Positions 34,950 to 49,334 of a DNA stretch of 64,000 nucleotides are shown here, one piece after another (positions within the stretch are counted from its first letter, which is position 1; each line of letters starts with the position of its first letter). The notes beneath the pieces are model-generated. The model had not been told where the DNA came from and ran no database searches. It saw only the letters and a list, made by a program, of their open reading frames with translations. A program made the translations under genes and the position numbers. The stretch covers positions 90,894,001 through 90,958,000 of the forward strand of contig CM059432.1 of assembly GCA_030390025.1 (NCBI GenBank), in the 5' to 3' direction. This stretch comes from Squalus acanthias. Lineage: Eukaryota.

Positions 34950-37670
34950 TATATTAATTGGCCAGAAGAGGTAGATAAACGGGATAAGGGAATGGAGTTC
35001 CTACAGTGTGTACAGGACTCCTTTCTAACCCAATATGTAAGAAGCCCAACAAGGGAGGATTCGCTATTGGATCTAGTAATGGGGAATGAACCAGAGCAGA
35101 TACAAGAAGTAAAAGTCGGGGAACATATAGGTAACAATATTGGCAAACAATGATGTAGAACAGCAGTGGGAAATATTTAAAACGGTGTTCAACGGAGTCC
35201 GGGAAAAATATATTCCGCTAAAAAACAAGAACAAGCTAAACACTAATGAGATACCATGGATGAATAAAGACAAAAGGGAAAAATTGAGGCATACACGAAG
35301 TACATGGACAGCAGGGGAGAGCATGACAAGAGCGAATACGAAGAGATTAGGAGAGAAGTCAGAAAAACAATTAGAAAGGCAAAAAGGAACTATGAAATTA
35401 AACTATCAAGGAACATAAAACAAAATACTAAGATATTTTACAGGCACATTAATTAAAAAAAGGAAAGTTGGGATGGGAATAGGGCCACTAAGGGATGGAC
35501 AGGACAATATCACAGACAGCGATAGAGAGATGGCAGAAATATTAAATAATTGCCAGGGAGACAGAACAGGTTGACATGACATCGGATGATGAGATTAGAA
35601 ATGAGATAATCGCATTTAAAATAAAAGGAGGAGAAATATTACATAAACTAATCAAACTCAAAGAGTATAAAACCCCTGGTCTGGACAGATTACATCTGCG
35701 CATTAAAAGAAAGAAAGAAAGACTTGCATTTATATAGTGCCTTTCACGACCACCGGACGTCTCAAAGCGCTTTACAGTCAATGAAGTACTTTTTGAAGTG
35801 TAGTCACTGTTGTAATGTGGGAAACGCGGCAGCCAATTTGCGCACAGCAAGGTCGCACAAACAGCAATGTGATAATGACCAGATAATCTGTTTTTGTTAT
35901 GTTGGTTGAGGGATAAATATTGGCCAGGACACCGGGGAGAACTCCCCTGCTCTTCTTTGAAATAGTGCCATGGGATCTTTTACGTCCACCTGAGAGAGCA
36001 GACGGGGCCTTGGTTTTAACGTCTCATCCGAAAGACGGCACCTCCGACAGTGCAGCACTCCCTCAGCACTGCACTGGCGTGTCAGCCTAGATTTATGTGC
36101 TCAAGTCCCATGGAGTGGGACTTGAACCCACAACCTTCTGACTCAGAGGTGAGTGTGCTACCCACTGAGCCACAGCTGACTAAAAGAATCTAGGGAAGAG
36201 ATAGCAGAGGCATTACTATACATATTTAATAATTCGTTAGAACAAGGTGTAGTGCCAGAGGACTGGTGACTAGCTAACGTAATACCTATATTTAAGAAGG
36301 GAAATAGAACATGTCCAGGGAACTATAGACCAGTCAGCTTAACATCGGTGGTAGGAAAAATAATGGAATCCCTACTAAAGGAGAAAATAGAAGAACATCA
36401 AGAAACCAAAGATATAATAGTGAATAGTCTGCATGGATTTCAAAAGGGAAAGTCTTGCTTGACCAACCTCATTGAATTTTTTGAAGAAGTAACAGAGAGA
36501 GTAGACAAGGGTAATGCAGTAGATGTAATTTATCTAGATTTTCAAAAGGCCTTCAATAAAGTACCACATAATAGATGAATGAATAAGGTCAGAGCATGCG
36601 GAGTCATGGATAACTATTTGGCTTCAAGACAGAAAGCAGAGAGTTGGTGTAAAGGGTAGCTATTCATAGTGGCAGAAGGTGGGAAGTGGTGTTCCACAAG
36701 GATCAGTGCTGGGACCACTGTTGTTCACAATTTATATTAACGATTTAGACTTTGGAATTAAAAACACAATTTCTAAATTTGCAGATAACACCAATTTTGG
36801 GGGGAAAGTCAATACTGAGGAGGACTGCAACAAATTACAAGACATTAATAAACTTGAAGAATGGGCATATAATGGCCAAATGAAATTCAACACAGATAAC
36901 TGTGAGGTATTACATTTTGGTAAGAAAAATAGGGAGGTCACATATTACTTGGAAAATACGAATCTAAGTGGGGTAGAAGAGCAAAGGGATCTCCGAGTAC
37001 AAACACACAAATCACTGAAAGTAACAATACAGGTTAACAAGGCCATAAAAAAAGCAAACCAAGCACTAGGGTTTATTTCCAGAGGGATTGAATTGAAAAA
37101 TAGAGGAGATATGCTAAACTTGTATCGAACCTTGGTTAGACCACACTTGGAGTACTGCGTACAATTCTGGTCGCCATATTATAAAGGATGATACCAGAAA
37201 TGCGAGGTTATACCGATCAGGAAAGGATGAACAGGCTGGATTTCTTTTCTCTTGAAAATGGAAGGCTGAGGGGTGACCTAATAGAGGTCTTTAAAATTAT
37301 GAAAGGTTTCGATAGAGTGGATACATAGAGAGTGTTTCCACTTGTGGACAAGAGCAAAACTAGAGGCCATCAATACAAGATAGTCACCAAGAAATCCAAT
37401 AGGGAATTCAGAAAAAACTTCTTTACCCAAAGAGTGGTGAGAATGTGGAACTCGCTACCACAGGGAGTGGTTGAAGCGAATAGTATAGATGCATTTAAGG
37501 GGAGGCTAGATAAGCATATGAGGGAGAAGGGAATAGAGGGTTATGCTGATAGAGTTAGATGAGGAAAGATGGGAGGAGGCTCGAGTGGAGCATAAACGCC
37601 GGCATGGACTAGTTGGGTAGAATGGCCTGTTTCTGTGCTGTATATCCTATGTATGTATGTAATCTTATGT
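34950..37670 (+). mobile_element. CR1 LINE (decayed ORF2), interrupted by a SINE
   Basis: [48 protein letters not shown]; (tatg)n tail. Confidence 0.9.
35712..36180 (-). mobile_element. SacSINE1-like DeuSINE (tRNA head, Deu domain, L2-like tail)
   Basis: Minus strand tggctcagtgggtagc (A box) and ggttcaagtccc (B box); Deu-like core; tail ctatataaatgcaagtctttc; TSD TAAAAGAA. Confidence 0.8.
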
Positions 37671-38079
37671 AGTGTCTTCTGTGTGTTTTTTTTGTTACTT
37701 TGAGTTTTCTACTGTTGCTCTCTTTGATGTATTTTCTTTAAATATTCAGTTTTGGCCATGTCTCAAATTTAATGGTATATTTAGAATGTGTTCTAAATAA
37801 ACTTAAGAAGTAAAAGAATGAATGTTCATGTTCGTAATCTTAGTGAAGTAAGCATTAGTTTACTTTCTCTAACAAAGGTGACGTGACCTCCAAATTGTCT
37901 GTTTTATGTTAAAAGAATAAATGAAAGCAGTTTTGACATTGCAAAATGCTTTTGAAATCGTATTAAATGGAATCTGATTTCCGATTTGTAAAAAATATAT
38001 AATGAGGTGCAGGATTCTTTTCCTGGTTTATCATAATTAGCTGAAATTTTTAATTACGTCATTGATATATTCCTGTGAT

Positions 38080-40140
38080 ATAGAATCATATAGCACAGAA
38101 GGAGGCCATTCAACCCATCGTGTCTGTGCTGGCTCTTGGAAACAGCTATCCAATTAGTGCCACTCCCCTACTGTATCCCCATAGCCAAGCAATTTTTTCC
38201 TTTTCCAAGTATATATCCAATTCCCTTTAGAAAGTTACTATTGAATCTGCTTCCACCACCTTTTCAGATAGTGCATTCCAGATCGTAGCAACTAGCTGCA
38301 TAAAAAATTCTCCTTATTTCCTCTCTGGATATTTTGTTAATTATCTTAAATCTGTGTCCTCTGGTTACTGATCCTCCTGCCAGTGGAAAAAGTTTCTCCC
38401 TATCTACTCTATCAAAACCCCTCATAATTTTGAACACCTATTTCAAATCTCCTTTTAACCTTCTCTACTCTAAGGAGAACAATTCCAGCTTCTCTAGTCT
38501 CTCGACATAGCTGAAGTCCCTCATCCTGATACCATTCTGGTAAATTTCCTCTGCACTTTCTCCAAAGCCTTGACATCCTTCCTAAAGTGTGGTGCCCAGA
38601 ATTGGAAACAATGGGCTGGATTTTGCACGGGGTCAGTGGGCGCGATTGGTGGTGGGTCGGGTGGGATTGTGTTTTTTTTCCCCAGCGGGTCGTGACCTCG
38701 CTGTGAACCCACTGCCACAGTGCCTTTACCAAATGCCGGGTCTGTCAGCGCTGAGCAGGCCCGGCACGCAGCGGCGGGGGAGGCAACTAAAATCATTAGT
38801 GGCTTGTTTACAGCCACTAATCAATGGTTTTTCCCAGCTTTTTGGATTTGACAGGTTGCCCACCGACTTCCCCTGTGCCTCGACCTCGTCTGTGAAGCTG
38901 AGGCTGGATGTCAGTGGCCATTGAATCAGCTGATGAGTTGACAGCTTCAAATGTCAAGTCAAAGCTCCCAGCTGATTGAGAAATGTTCCCTTAACCACTA
39001 GCTTCTCGAAACTGGATTTCCACTACAGATTCAGGATGCTGCAAGTCTTTACACAAGTCTCCATTCAGTCTGACCTCATTACCTCTCCCACCATTGACAG
39101 ATCATCTCTACTTCACCTGCCATCTATTCCATCAGCATGGGTGCCCTTGAAACTCTCTCACCTTGGTCCTCAGAATCCCACCACCATCAGCCCCAACATC
39201 AGCATCACCAGGCACACCAGCAGCACCAGGCACACCAGCAGCACCAACAACAACACCAATCTTCTCCGCCATCAACTGATGCTGCACAGGACACAGGGCA
39301 TCAGCACCCAACCATGTTGCTGGCCGGGAGGCCAGGGATGGTCTTACCATGGCCAGATTTACTTCACTTGACGCTGTACACCCTGGCTGCCACATGATGC
39401 GCCAGATTGGCACCACCCCATACCAACACCATAAAGCATCCCTACAATACCCAAACCATTCCTTTCATACTCATGACCATTGCAGGGGGTACCATTATGT
39501 CTCACCATTCACTGCAACTCACTAAACCACTTCCAAAGGTGCACACAAATCTGTCCAAGAACGCAAAGTGTTGAAAATAAAGGATTCAATGTTTGACACC
39601 ACATTAACAGAAACTTTACATGAACATTGCATAAACACACAAGTGCCTACCCTTGTGTGTTGTTAGTTGGTATGATTGCACTAGGATGAGGGTGAGTGTG
39701 AGGGGTGGCTAGTGAGATGGGGATGTGATAATGTAGATAGAGAGAGATGGGTGGCGGTGCAAGGTAAGTTGGTGTGAGTAAGGATGTGCAGGAGTAGGGT
39801 AGGGAAGGCAGAGTGATGGGGATGTGATGTGAGGCACAGCAAGATGAGGTTGAGTTTGGCTTTGTACTAACATTTTGTGATCTACTGAGATCATTGAAAG
39901 GTTTGTGGCCCTGCACCCAGGTCCTCCTGACCACATCCCTACTTGTGCTGGTCACTGACGTCACCCGCCGAGGTTCTAAATTCCAGCCCTATACACTAGC
40001 TGAGGCCTAACCAGTGATTTATAAAGGTTTAACATAACTTCCTTGCTTTAGTACTCTATGCCTCTATTTATAAAGCCATGGATCCTGTATGCTTTTTTAA
40101 CAGCCTTATCAACGTGTCCTGCCACCTTCAAAGATTTATT
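38080..40140 (-). mobile_element. CR1 3' fragment split by a Harbinger insertion
   Basis: FQFWAPHFRKDVKALEKVQR; sequence continues across 38613-39989. Confidence 0.8.
38613..39989. mobile_element. Non-autonomous Harbinger related to the 56704-60828 family
   Basis: TIR GGGCTGGATTTT / AAATTCCAGCCC, flanks AAT/TAT; shares cttcacctgccatc...atgggtgcc and caacaccataaagcatccctacaat with the 57190 and 58470 regions. Confidence 0.8.
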
Positions 40141-40359
40141 TAAAATCCTACAACATTGCACATTAGAGATTTGATCCACTCTTCAATAATACTTTGCATC
40201 ACTGTTCAAGATTTTCACTCTCTTGTGAATAAAGCCCTTGCCATCACAACCACATCATGAATAAATCTATTGATATCCTGGCATAACTGCGACATGGCTC
40301 ATAAATGGTAATCCTTTGCCCCTCACTGAGCCCTCCCCACCTGATCTGCCCATCAGGTC

Positions 40360-40646
40360 CCATCTGCCTGCTCAGTTGAACGTAAAAGATCCCATGGCAC
40401 TATTCGAAGGAGAATAGGAAAGTTCTCCCGGTGTCCTGATCAACATTGATCCTTCAACTAACACTATCAAAAAAAAACAATTTATGTGGTTATTCTTCTC
40501 ATTACTGTTTGCGGGACCTTGCTGTGTGCAAATTAGTTGCCATGTTTGCCTCTAAAAGAACAATGACCACACTTTAAAAGTAATTTGTTGGCTGTAAAGT
40601 GCTTTGGGACGTCCTAAGGATATGAAAGGTGCTATATAAATGAATT
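40360..40646 (+). mobile_element. 5'-truncated SacSINE1-like DeuSINE
   Basis: cgtaaaagatcccatggcactattcgaa ... gctatataaatg. Confidence 0.7.
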
Positions 40647-41159
40647 TCTTAATTAGTAACAAGAACAAGAGGAACAAAAAAGACAACAGTAAACAATTGA
40701 CTAAAGGAAAATAAGAACGACAGGGTTACCATGACAAATAACTGTAAACCAATGACATGAGGCTCAGACAACATTCTATCTGGGAGAATAATTGCAGCGC
40801 TAATGCAAATGCAGCACTTATATATGACGGTAGAGTGTGTCAGAGTCACCTGATGTAGATCCACACCAATGACAAATATGTTTCTGAAGGTGTCAACAAG
40901 GCAAGTGAATCTGGCTCAGCTGAGCTCCAAGAGTGTATTCAGGATGCCGAATGAAGAAGAATAATGCTTACCAATTGTACTGTGATGATTTATTGCATGT
41001 AAATATTTATTGCTTAGGTATTTCATTTTTGCCAAGCTCTTTTTCAAATTTAATTTTCAAAACAAGTCAACATAATATGATTTCTGGATACTTGTTTCAA
41101 AAATAAATGTTGTTATTCATCTGATGAACAAATTACATTTACATGAACTAACTTGGCAG

Positions 41160-44100
41160 GGGGATGGGCACCAGCATATAGGAGTAGAAAAGACGAATAA
41201 GGTGCATAAAAGAGTGAGTGTGTTGGATAGTACTAGAGAAGATCGTACTAGAGGCGGCAGTAGTACCATATTAGATAGGAGCAGACTAAGAAAGACTACG
41301 AAAAATTCAAAAATGGGTTTAGAATGCATGTACGTAAACGCACAAAGTGTGGTGAATAAGGTTGATAAGCTACAAGCACAATTAGCCGTGTGGCAATATG
41401 ATGTTGTGGCAATAAAAGAAATGTGGCTTAAAAACGGTGAGGACTGGGCACTTAATATTCAAGGGTACAAGGTGTACAGAAAAGATAGGGAAGAAAAAAA
41501 AGGAGGTGGAATGGCAGTGCTGAATAAGGAAGACATTGTAGTGTTGGAAAGGGAGGATGTTCTTGAGGGGACAAGGACAGAATTCATTTAGTTAGAGTTG
41601 AGGAGCAAAAAGGGTATGATCACGCTATTGGGGGTATTCTATAGGCCTCCAAATAGTGAGAGGGAGGTAGAGGAGCAAATCTGCAGGGAAATCGCAGAGA
41701 TATGCAAGAGCTATAGAGTGGTGATATTGGGGACTTTAATTACTCAAGTATCGATTGGGATAATGCTAGGGTAAAGGAAAAGGAGGGGGAGGAATTTCTG
41801 AAATGTGTTCAGGAGAATTTCCTTTGGCAATATGTTGTAGCTTTCAAAAGCTCTTTAGAATAATTTGTCCGTGACTACACAAACCACTCTGGGTACAGGT
41901 ATATTGTGTATAAGTAAAACAGGTTTATTAAGCATTAAACATCCAGTACAAAGAAGTAATACTTAACAAGAAGATAGTCGCAGTTTGTTCATTGAACCCC
42001 GGCGTTCCTTCCGAGTGACTGTGGCTCGGTCTCTTTAACTCTTGCTGTGTTCTGTTGACTGAAGCTGTTCCTTTATACCTTTTTTTCCCCTTCAAAATAC
42101 ATAGCAACTTGCAGCTGCTTGGGCTATCTCACCATTCTGACCTTCACAAGTACGGTCTATGATTCCCTCCCCTTTTCTGCTGTGAGCTTTGAGTATGAGA
42201 ACTTTTACATAGCCAGACTTCCCATGAATTACGACAGATGTCTTTTGCCTTTCCCATAGCCCATTATCTAGACTGGTCTGAAACTTCAGCGATAAGGGAT
42301 GTTAGGTATTGAAAACCCTCTATCTTACTTTGAGACTTAATTAATGTTTTGTCCTTCACTGGCTTCATGTTTTTAATATAACAGAAAAACTACACTACCT
42401 CAGCACTATTCTTGCAGTTAACATAATGTTGGCTTAATTTTACCATCATGCTTTGCTTCCCAGCCATTTGCCATTTTATACAGGCTTTTTTTTAGGTTTT
42501 TAACATACAATTTCACATATTATAGTTATTTAATAATGGTTACAAAATCTTGACAATGTTTACTAAATCCTACAGGTACACTCTATCCTGCAATGTTCTT
42601 GGCCCAACTAGGAAGGAGGCATTGCTGGATCTGGTGCTGGGGAATGAGGTGGGCCAGGCCGACCAAGTGTCTGTGGGAGAACACTTGGGTACGAGTGATC
42701 ATCTTATCATAAAATTTAGATTAGCAATGGAGAGGAGCAAGAAACAATCTAGGGTGGAACATCTAAACTGGAATAGGGCTAACTTCAATGGGATGCGAAA
42801 GGATCTAGCCAGGGTAAAATGGAACCAAAGACTGACAGGAAAAGCTGTAACGGAACAATGGGTGATCTTTAAGGAGGAGATGTTCCAAGTACAGGCTAGG
42901 TACATTCCAACGAGAGGGAAGGGTAAGGGAACCAAACCAAGGGCTCCTTGGATGATGAGGGAGACAGAGAAGATGATGAAACAAAAAAAGAGGGTGTATG
43001 ATGCATGTCAGGTGAATTCTTCTAGGGAGAACCAGACCAAATACAATAAGTTGAGAGGGGATGTGAAGATGAAAATAGCAAAGAGAGAATATGAGAGTAG
43101 AATGGCGGTTAACATAAAAGGGAACCCAAAAATCTTCTACCGGCATGTAAACAGTAAGCGGGTAGTAAGAGGTGGGGTGGGGCCTATTAGAGACAAAGAA
43201 GGTGATGTATGCTTAGAGGCGCAGGGCAAGGCTAGAATACTCAATGAGTACTTTGTATCGGTGTTTACTAAGGAGGTGGATGCTGACAAAATATCGGTAG
43301 AAGTGGAAAAGGTAGAACGCAATGGAAGGGGTGAAAATTGATAGACAGGATGTACTAGAAAGGCTGGGTATGCTTAGAATGGACAAGTCGCCTGGCCCAG
43401 ATGGCTTGCATCCCAAGTTGCTAAGGGAATTGGGGGAGGAGATAGCGGAAGGGCTTGCCATAATTTTCCAATCTACCCCAGATGCGGGGGAGGTGCGTGA
43501 GGATTGGAAAGTGGCAAATGTGACACCATTGTTCAAGAAAGGGTGTAAGGACAATCCTAGTAACTACAGGCCGGACAGTTTAACATCAGTGGTGGGTAAA
43601 GTTTTAAAAACAATAATCAAGGAAAAAATTAACGGGCACTTGGAGAGGTTTAAGCTAATTAAGGAGAGCCAACACAGATTTGTAAAAGGCAGATTGTGTT
43701 TGACTAATCTAATTTAATTTTTTGATGAAGTAACAGAGAGGATTGATGAAGGGAATGCAATGGATGTTGTCTACATGGATTTTTGGAAGGCGTTTGACAA
43801 AGTACCACATAGAAGGCTGGTTAACAAAATTGAGGCTCATGGAATAGGTGGGTCAGTGGCAGCTTGGATAAGGAATTGGCTTAAGGACAGAAAACAGCGA
43901 GTTGTGGTAAATGGCTGTTTTTCAGACTGGAGGATGGTAGACAGTGGTGTTCCCCAAGGGTCAGTGCTGGGGCCACTGCTTTTTTTGATATATATAAATG
44001 ACCTGGATATTGGAATACAGAGTAGAATTTCTAAATTTGCCGATGACACCAAACTTGAGGGTGTGGCAAACAGTGATGATGATACCAATCGACTGCAACA

Positions 44101-44952
44101 GGACATAGAAAGGCTAGCAGAATGGGCAGACAAGAGGCAGATGGAATTTAATACAGAGAAGTGTGAGGTGATGCATTTTGGCAGAAGGAACAGGGAGAGG
44201 CAATATACACTTAATGGCACAGTTTTAAAGAATGTGCAGGAACAGAGGGACCTGGGAGTTAATGTGCATAGGTCCCTGAAGGTGGCAGGACATATTGAGA
44301 GAGTGGTTAACAAAGCATATGGGATCTTGGGCTTCATAAACAGAGGTATTGAGTACGAAAGTAGAGAAGTTATGCTGAACCTTTATAAAGCGCTGGTTAG
44401 GCCACAACTGGAGTATTGCGTCCAGTTCTGGTCACCACGCTTTAGGAAGGATGTGAAGGCCCTTGAGAGGGTGCGAGGTGATTTACCAGAATGGTTCTGG
44501 GGATGGGGGATCATAGCTACAAGGACAGGTTGGAGAAGCTGGATTTGTTTTCATTAGAGCAAAGGAGGTTGAGGGGTGATTTGATAGAGGTGTACAAGAT
44601 TATGACGGGTTTTGTATAGGCTAGACGGGGAAAGGCTGTTCCCACTAGTTGATGGTACAAGGACTAGGGGACACAGATTTAAGGTTTTTGGGCAAGAGAT
44701 ACAGGGGGGATGTGAGCAAAAACTTTTTTACGCAGCGAGTGGTGATGACCTGGAATTCGCTGCCGACGGAAGTGATGGAAGCGGAAACACTCAATGCTTT
44801 CAAGGGGACACTGGATAGGCACTTGAGGGAAATAAACTTGTAGGGCTACGGGGATAGAGCGGGGGAACGAGACTGACTGGATTGCTCTACAGAGAGCTGG
44901 CACGGTCTAGATGGGCCGAATGGCTGCCTACTGTGCCATTATGACTCTATGA
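41160..44952 (+). mobile_element. Near full-length CR1 ORF2 (APE + RT), decayed, interrupted by a solo LTR
   Basis: CMYVNAQSVVNK, LDLVLGN, SDH, PGPDG, FADDTK, WNSLP; tail atgactctatgac. Confidence 0.9.
41836..42592 (-). mobile_element. Solo LTR with 4-bp TSD
   Basis: TGTAG...CTGCA termini, TSD ATGT (41832-41835, 42593-42596); minus-strand TATAAA at 42072-42077 and AATAAA at 41924-41929; CR1 continues across it. Confidence 0.8.
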
Positions 44953-45409
44953 CATAGTGCTACTCACATAAATAACACCTCGGCCCTTTACAATGGAAAG
45001 AACTGAACACCAAACAGCGAGATTGTGGGAATGGTGAAAGAAGAGACTTTTGAAAGTGGGGTGAGAGAATGGAAAAAGTGATTCAATAAGACAATTCCAG
45101 AGAGCAGGAGAGTAATGGTTGAAACAGTGGGGTCCAATTTTGGAGCAGAGAGTGCATGGGGTAAGCAGTAAACAACTTGCATTTGTATAGCACCTTTAAT
45201 GGAATCAAATGTCCCAAGATGCTTTACATAGGAGAGAATGGAACCTGTGATAATATAAAAATTAGGAGAGGTGGCTCAGCCACACAAAAAAAACGCTCTC
45301 TGTCCTTGCAAACTACTGTACCATCTCCAATCCCGCCTTCCTATTCAAAGTCTTGGAATGTGTTGTTGCCGCCCAAATCCATGCCTATCTGTTGCACAAT
45401 TCTCTGGGT

Positions 45410-46505
45410 TTTTTTTATTCACTTATGGGATCTGGGCGTCGCTGGCAAAGCCAGCATTTATTGCCCATCCCTAGTTGCCCTTGAGAAGGTGGTGATGAGC
45501 CACCTTCTTGAACTGCTGCAGTCCGTGCAGTGAAGGTATTCCCACAGTGTTGTTAGGGAGGGAGTTCCAGGATTTTGACCCAGCGACGATGAAGGATCAG
45601 CGATATACTTCTAAGTCAGGATGGTGTGTGACTTGGAGGGGAACTTGGAGGTGGTGGTGTTCCCATGCGCCTGCTGCCCTTGTCATTCTAGGAGGAAGAG
45701 GTCGCGGGTTTGGGAGGTGCTGCCGAAGAAACCTTGGCGAGTTGCTGCAGTGCATCTTGTAGATGGTACACACTGCAGCTACGGTACGCTGGTGGCGGAG
45801 GGAGTGAATGTTTAAAGTGGTGGATGGGGTGCCAATCAAACGGTCTGCTTTGTCCTGGATGGTGTCAAGCTTCTTGAGTGTTGTTGCAGCTGCACTCATC
45901 CAGGCAAGTGGAGAGTATTCCATCACATTCCTTACTTATGCCTTGTAGATGGTGGAAAGGCTTTGGGGAGTGAGGAGGTGAGACACTCGCCGCAGAATAC
46001 CCAGCCTCTGACCTGCTCTTGTTGCCACAGTATTTATGTGGCTGGTCCAGTTAAGTTTCTGGTCAATGGTGACCCCCCAGGTTGTTGATGGTGGGGGATT
46101 CGGCGATGGTAATGCTGTTGAATGTCATGGGGAGGTGGTTAGACTCTCGCTTGTTGGAGATAGTCATTGCCTGGCACTTCTGTGGCGCGAATGTTACCTG
46201 CCACTTATCAGCCCAAGCCTGAATGTTGTCCAGGTCTTGTTGCATACGGGCATGGACTGCTTCATTATCTGAGGAGTTGTGAATGGTGCTGAACTCTGTG
46301 CAGTCATCAGCGAACATCCCCATTTCTGACCTTATGTTGGAGGGAAGGTCATTGATGAAGCAGCTGAAGATGGTTGGTCCTAGGACACTGCCCTGAGGAA
46401 CTCCTGCAGCGATGTCCTGGGGCTGTGATGATTGACCTTCAATCACCACAACTATCTTCCTTTGTGCTAGGTATGACTCCAGCCAGTGGAGCGTTTTCCC
46501 CCTGA
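45410..46505 (-). mobile_element. CR1/L2-group LINE 3' portion (same family as 7331-8735)
   Basis: GVPQGSVLGP, FADDCT, MEYSPLAW, shared 3' tail. Confidence 0.85.
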
Positions 46506-46565
46506 TATGAACCCCTCCCTGTTTTATCTCCTTCCCCACCACACTGAAATGGCCCTAACCAAAGT

Positions 46566-48280
46566 CTTCACGGAAGAGGACACAAATAACTTCCCAGAAA
46601 TGCTAGGGAACCAAGGGTCTAGTAAGAAGGAGGAATTAAAGGAAATTAGTATTATTAAAAAAATAGTGCTGGAGAAATTAATGGGACTGAAAGCCAATAA
46701 ATCCCCAGGGCCTGATAATCTGCATCCCAGAGTACTAAAAGAGGTAGCCATGGAAATAGTGGATGCATTGGTTGTCATCTTCCAAAATTCTATAGATTAT
46801 GGAACAGTTCCTGCAGATTGGAGGGTGGCAAATGCAACCCCACTATTTAAAAAAGGAGGGAGTGAGAAAACAGGGAACGACAGACCGGTTAGCCTAACAT
46901 CAGTAGTAGGAAAAATGCTAGAGTCTATTATAAAGGATGTGATAACAGGATACTTAGAAAATATCAACGGGATTAGACAAAGTCAACATGGATTTATGAA
47001 AGGGAAATCGTGTTTGACAAGCCTACTGGAGTTTTTTGAAGATGTAACTGGTAGAATAGATAAGGGAGAACCAGTGGATGTGGTGTATTTGGATTTTCAG
47101 AAGGCCTTTGATAAAGTCCCACATAAGAGGTTAGTGTGCAAAATTAAAGCACATGGGATTGGGGGTAATATACTGGCATGGATTGAAAATTGGTTAACAG
47201 ACAGGAAACAGAGAGTAGGAATAAATGGGTCTTTTTCAGGGTGGCAGGCGGTGACTAGTGGGGTGTCGCAGGGATCAGTGCTTGGGCCCCAGCTATTCAG
47301 AATATATATGAATGATTTGGATGAGGGAACCAAATGTAATATTTCCAAGTTTGCTGACAACACGAAACTAGGTGGGATTGTGAGTTGTGAGGAGGATGCA
47401 AAGAGGCTTCAAGGTGATTTAGACAAGTTGAGTGAGTGGGCAAATACATGGCAGATGCAGTATAACGTGGATAAATGTGAAGTTATCCACTTCGGTAGGA
47501 AAAACAGAAAGGCAGAGTATTATTTAAATGGTGATAGATTGGGAAATGTTGATGTACAGAGGGACTTGGGTGTCCTTGGACACCAGTCACTGAAAGCAAA
47601 CATGCAGGTGCAGCAAGCAGTTAGGAAGGCAAATGGTATGTTGGCCTTCATTGCAAGAGGATTTGAGTACAGGAGCAAGGATTTCTTACTACAGTTATAC
47701 AGGGCCTTGTTGAGACCACATCTGGAGTACTGTGTGCAGTTTTGGTCTCCTTACCTAAGAAAGGATGTACTTGCCACAGAGGGAGTGCAGCGAAGGTTCA
47801 CCAGACTGATTCCTGGGATTGCAGGACTGTCGTATGAGGAGAGATTGGGTCGACTAGGCCTGTATTCACTAGAGTTTAGAAGAATGAGCGGGGATCTCAT
47901 TGAAACGTATAAAATTCTGACAGGGCTAGACAGACTGGATGCAGGGAGGATGTTTCCCCTGGCTGAGGGGTCTAGAACAAGATGTCACAGTCTCAGGATA
48001 GCGGGTAGGACATTTAGGACTGAGTTGAGGAGAAATTTCTTCACTCAGAGGGTGGTGAACCTATGGAATTCTCTACCACAGAAGGCTGTGGAGGCCAAGT
48101 CACTGAATATATTTAAGAAGGAGATAGATAGATTTCTAGACACAAAAGGCATCAAGGGGTATGGGGAGAGAGCGGGAATATGGTATTGAGATAGAGGATC
48201 AGCCAAGATCATATTGAATGGTGGAGCAGGCTTGAAGGGCCGAATGGCCTACTCCTGCTCCTATTTTTCTATGTTTCTAT
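46566..48280 (+). mobile_element. 5'-truncated young CR1 LINE with open RT frame to 48189
   Basis: ORF 46486-48189; YLDFQKAFDKVPH, FADNTK; tail ttctatgtttctat. Confidence 0.9.
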
Positions 48281-48435
48281 AAATGACATTCTGTGTGACT
48301 GTGACCATGGTGCATTATCTCTCCTTGGCTGCTCTGCAGCCTTTGACACATTACACCACACTATTCCCTCAAATGCCTCTTGCATTCTCCAGTTCGGTGG
48401 GACTGACCCGCCGAGGTTAGTAAAATCGCGGCCAT

Positions 48436-49022
48436 AGAGTACAAAAGCAAGGAAGCTATACTAAACCTTTATAAAATACTTCTATTGTGTTTGATTCTGG
48501 CCACTACACTGTCGGAAGGAGGTCAAGGCCTTAGAGAGGGTACAGAAGAGATTTACGAGAATGGTTCCAGGGATGAGGGACTTCAGTTATGTGGAGAGAC
48601 TGGAGAAGCTGGGGTTGTTCTCCTTAGAGCATTGAAGGTTAAGAGGAGATTTGATACAGGTGTTCAAAATCATGAACCGTTTTGATAGAGTAAATCGGAG
48701 AAATTGTTTCCAGTGGCAGAAGGATCAGTAACCAGAGGACACAGATTTAAGGTGACTGGCAAAAGATCCAGAAGTGACATGAGGATAAAGCATTTTTACG
48801 CAGCGAGTTGTTGTGATCTGGAATTCCTTGCCTGAAAGGGTGGTGAAAGCTGATTCAATAGTAACTTTCAAAAGGGAATTGGATAAACACTTGAGGGGAA
48901 AAATTTAAAGGGCTATGGGAAAAGAGTAGGGAATTGGGACGAATTGGATAGCTCTACCAAAGAGCCGGCACAGGCACGATGTTCTGAATGTCCTCCTTGT
49001 GTGCTGTATCATTTTATGATTC
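48436..49022 (+). mobile_element. CR1 3' fragment
   Basis: LERVQKRFTRMVPG and WNSLPERVV; CR1 tail. Confidence 0.8.
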
Positions 49023-49334
49023 TCTCCAATTATAACTAGAGCATCTGTAGCAATAGCTTCTCTCCCTATCCCTGCACCTTCAGCTTGGGAGTCCCCAACA
49101 ACCTATCCTTGACCCCGCCTCCCCTCTTCTCTTCCTCATCTCCACACTGGCCATTGGTGACAATCATCCACAGACATGGGGGTCAGTTTCCACATGTACA
49201 CTGATGGCACCCAGCTCTATCTGTCCACCACCACTCCCAACCCATATACTGCCACTGGCTGGCCTCTCATCTTCCACTCCCAGTAAATATCAGCTCATAC
49301 AAAACTTTGCTGACTGTATCCGCTATTTAAGAAT

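Noticed and set aside
36100..36180. tRNA gene
   Set aside because: tRNA-derived SINE head with A and B boxes, continuous with the SINE body
46486..48189. 567-aa standalone gene
   Set aside because: 5'-truncated CR1 ORF2 whose N-terminus reads in from adjacent LINE fragments
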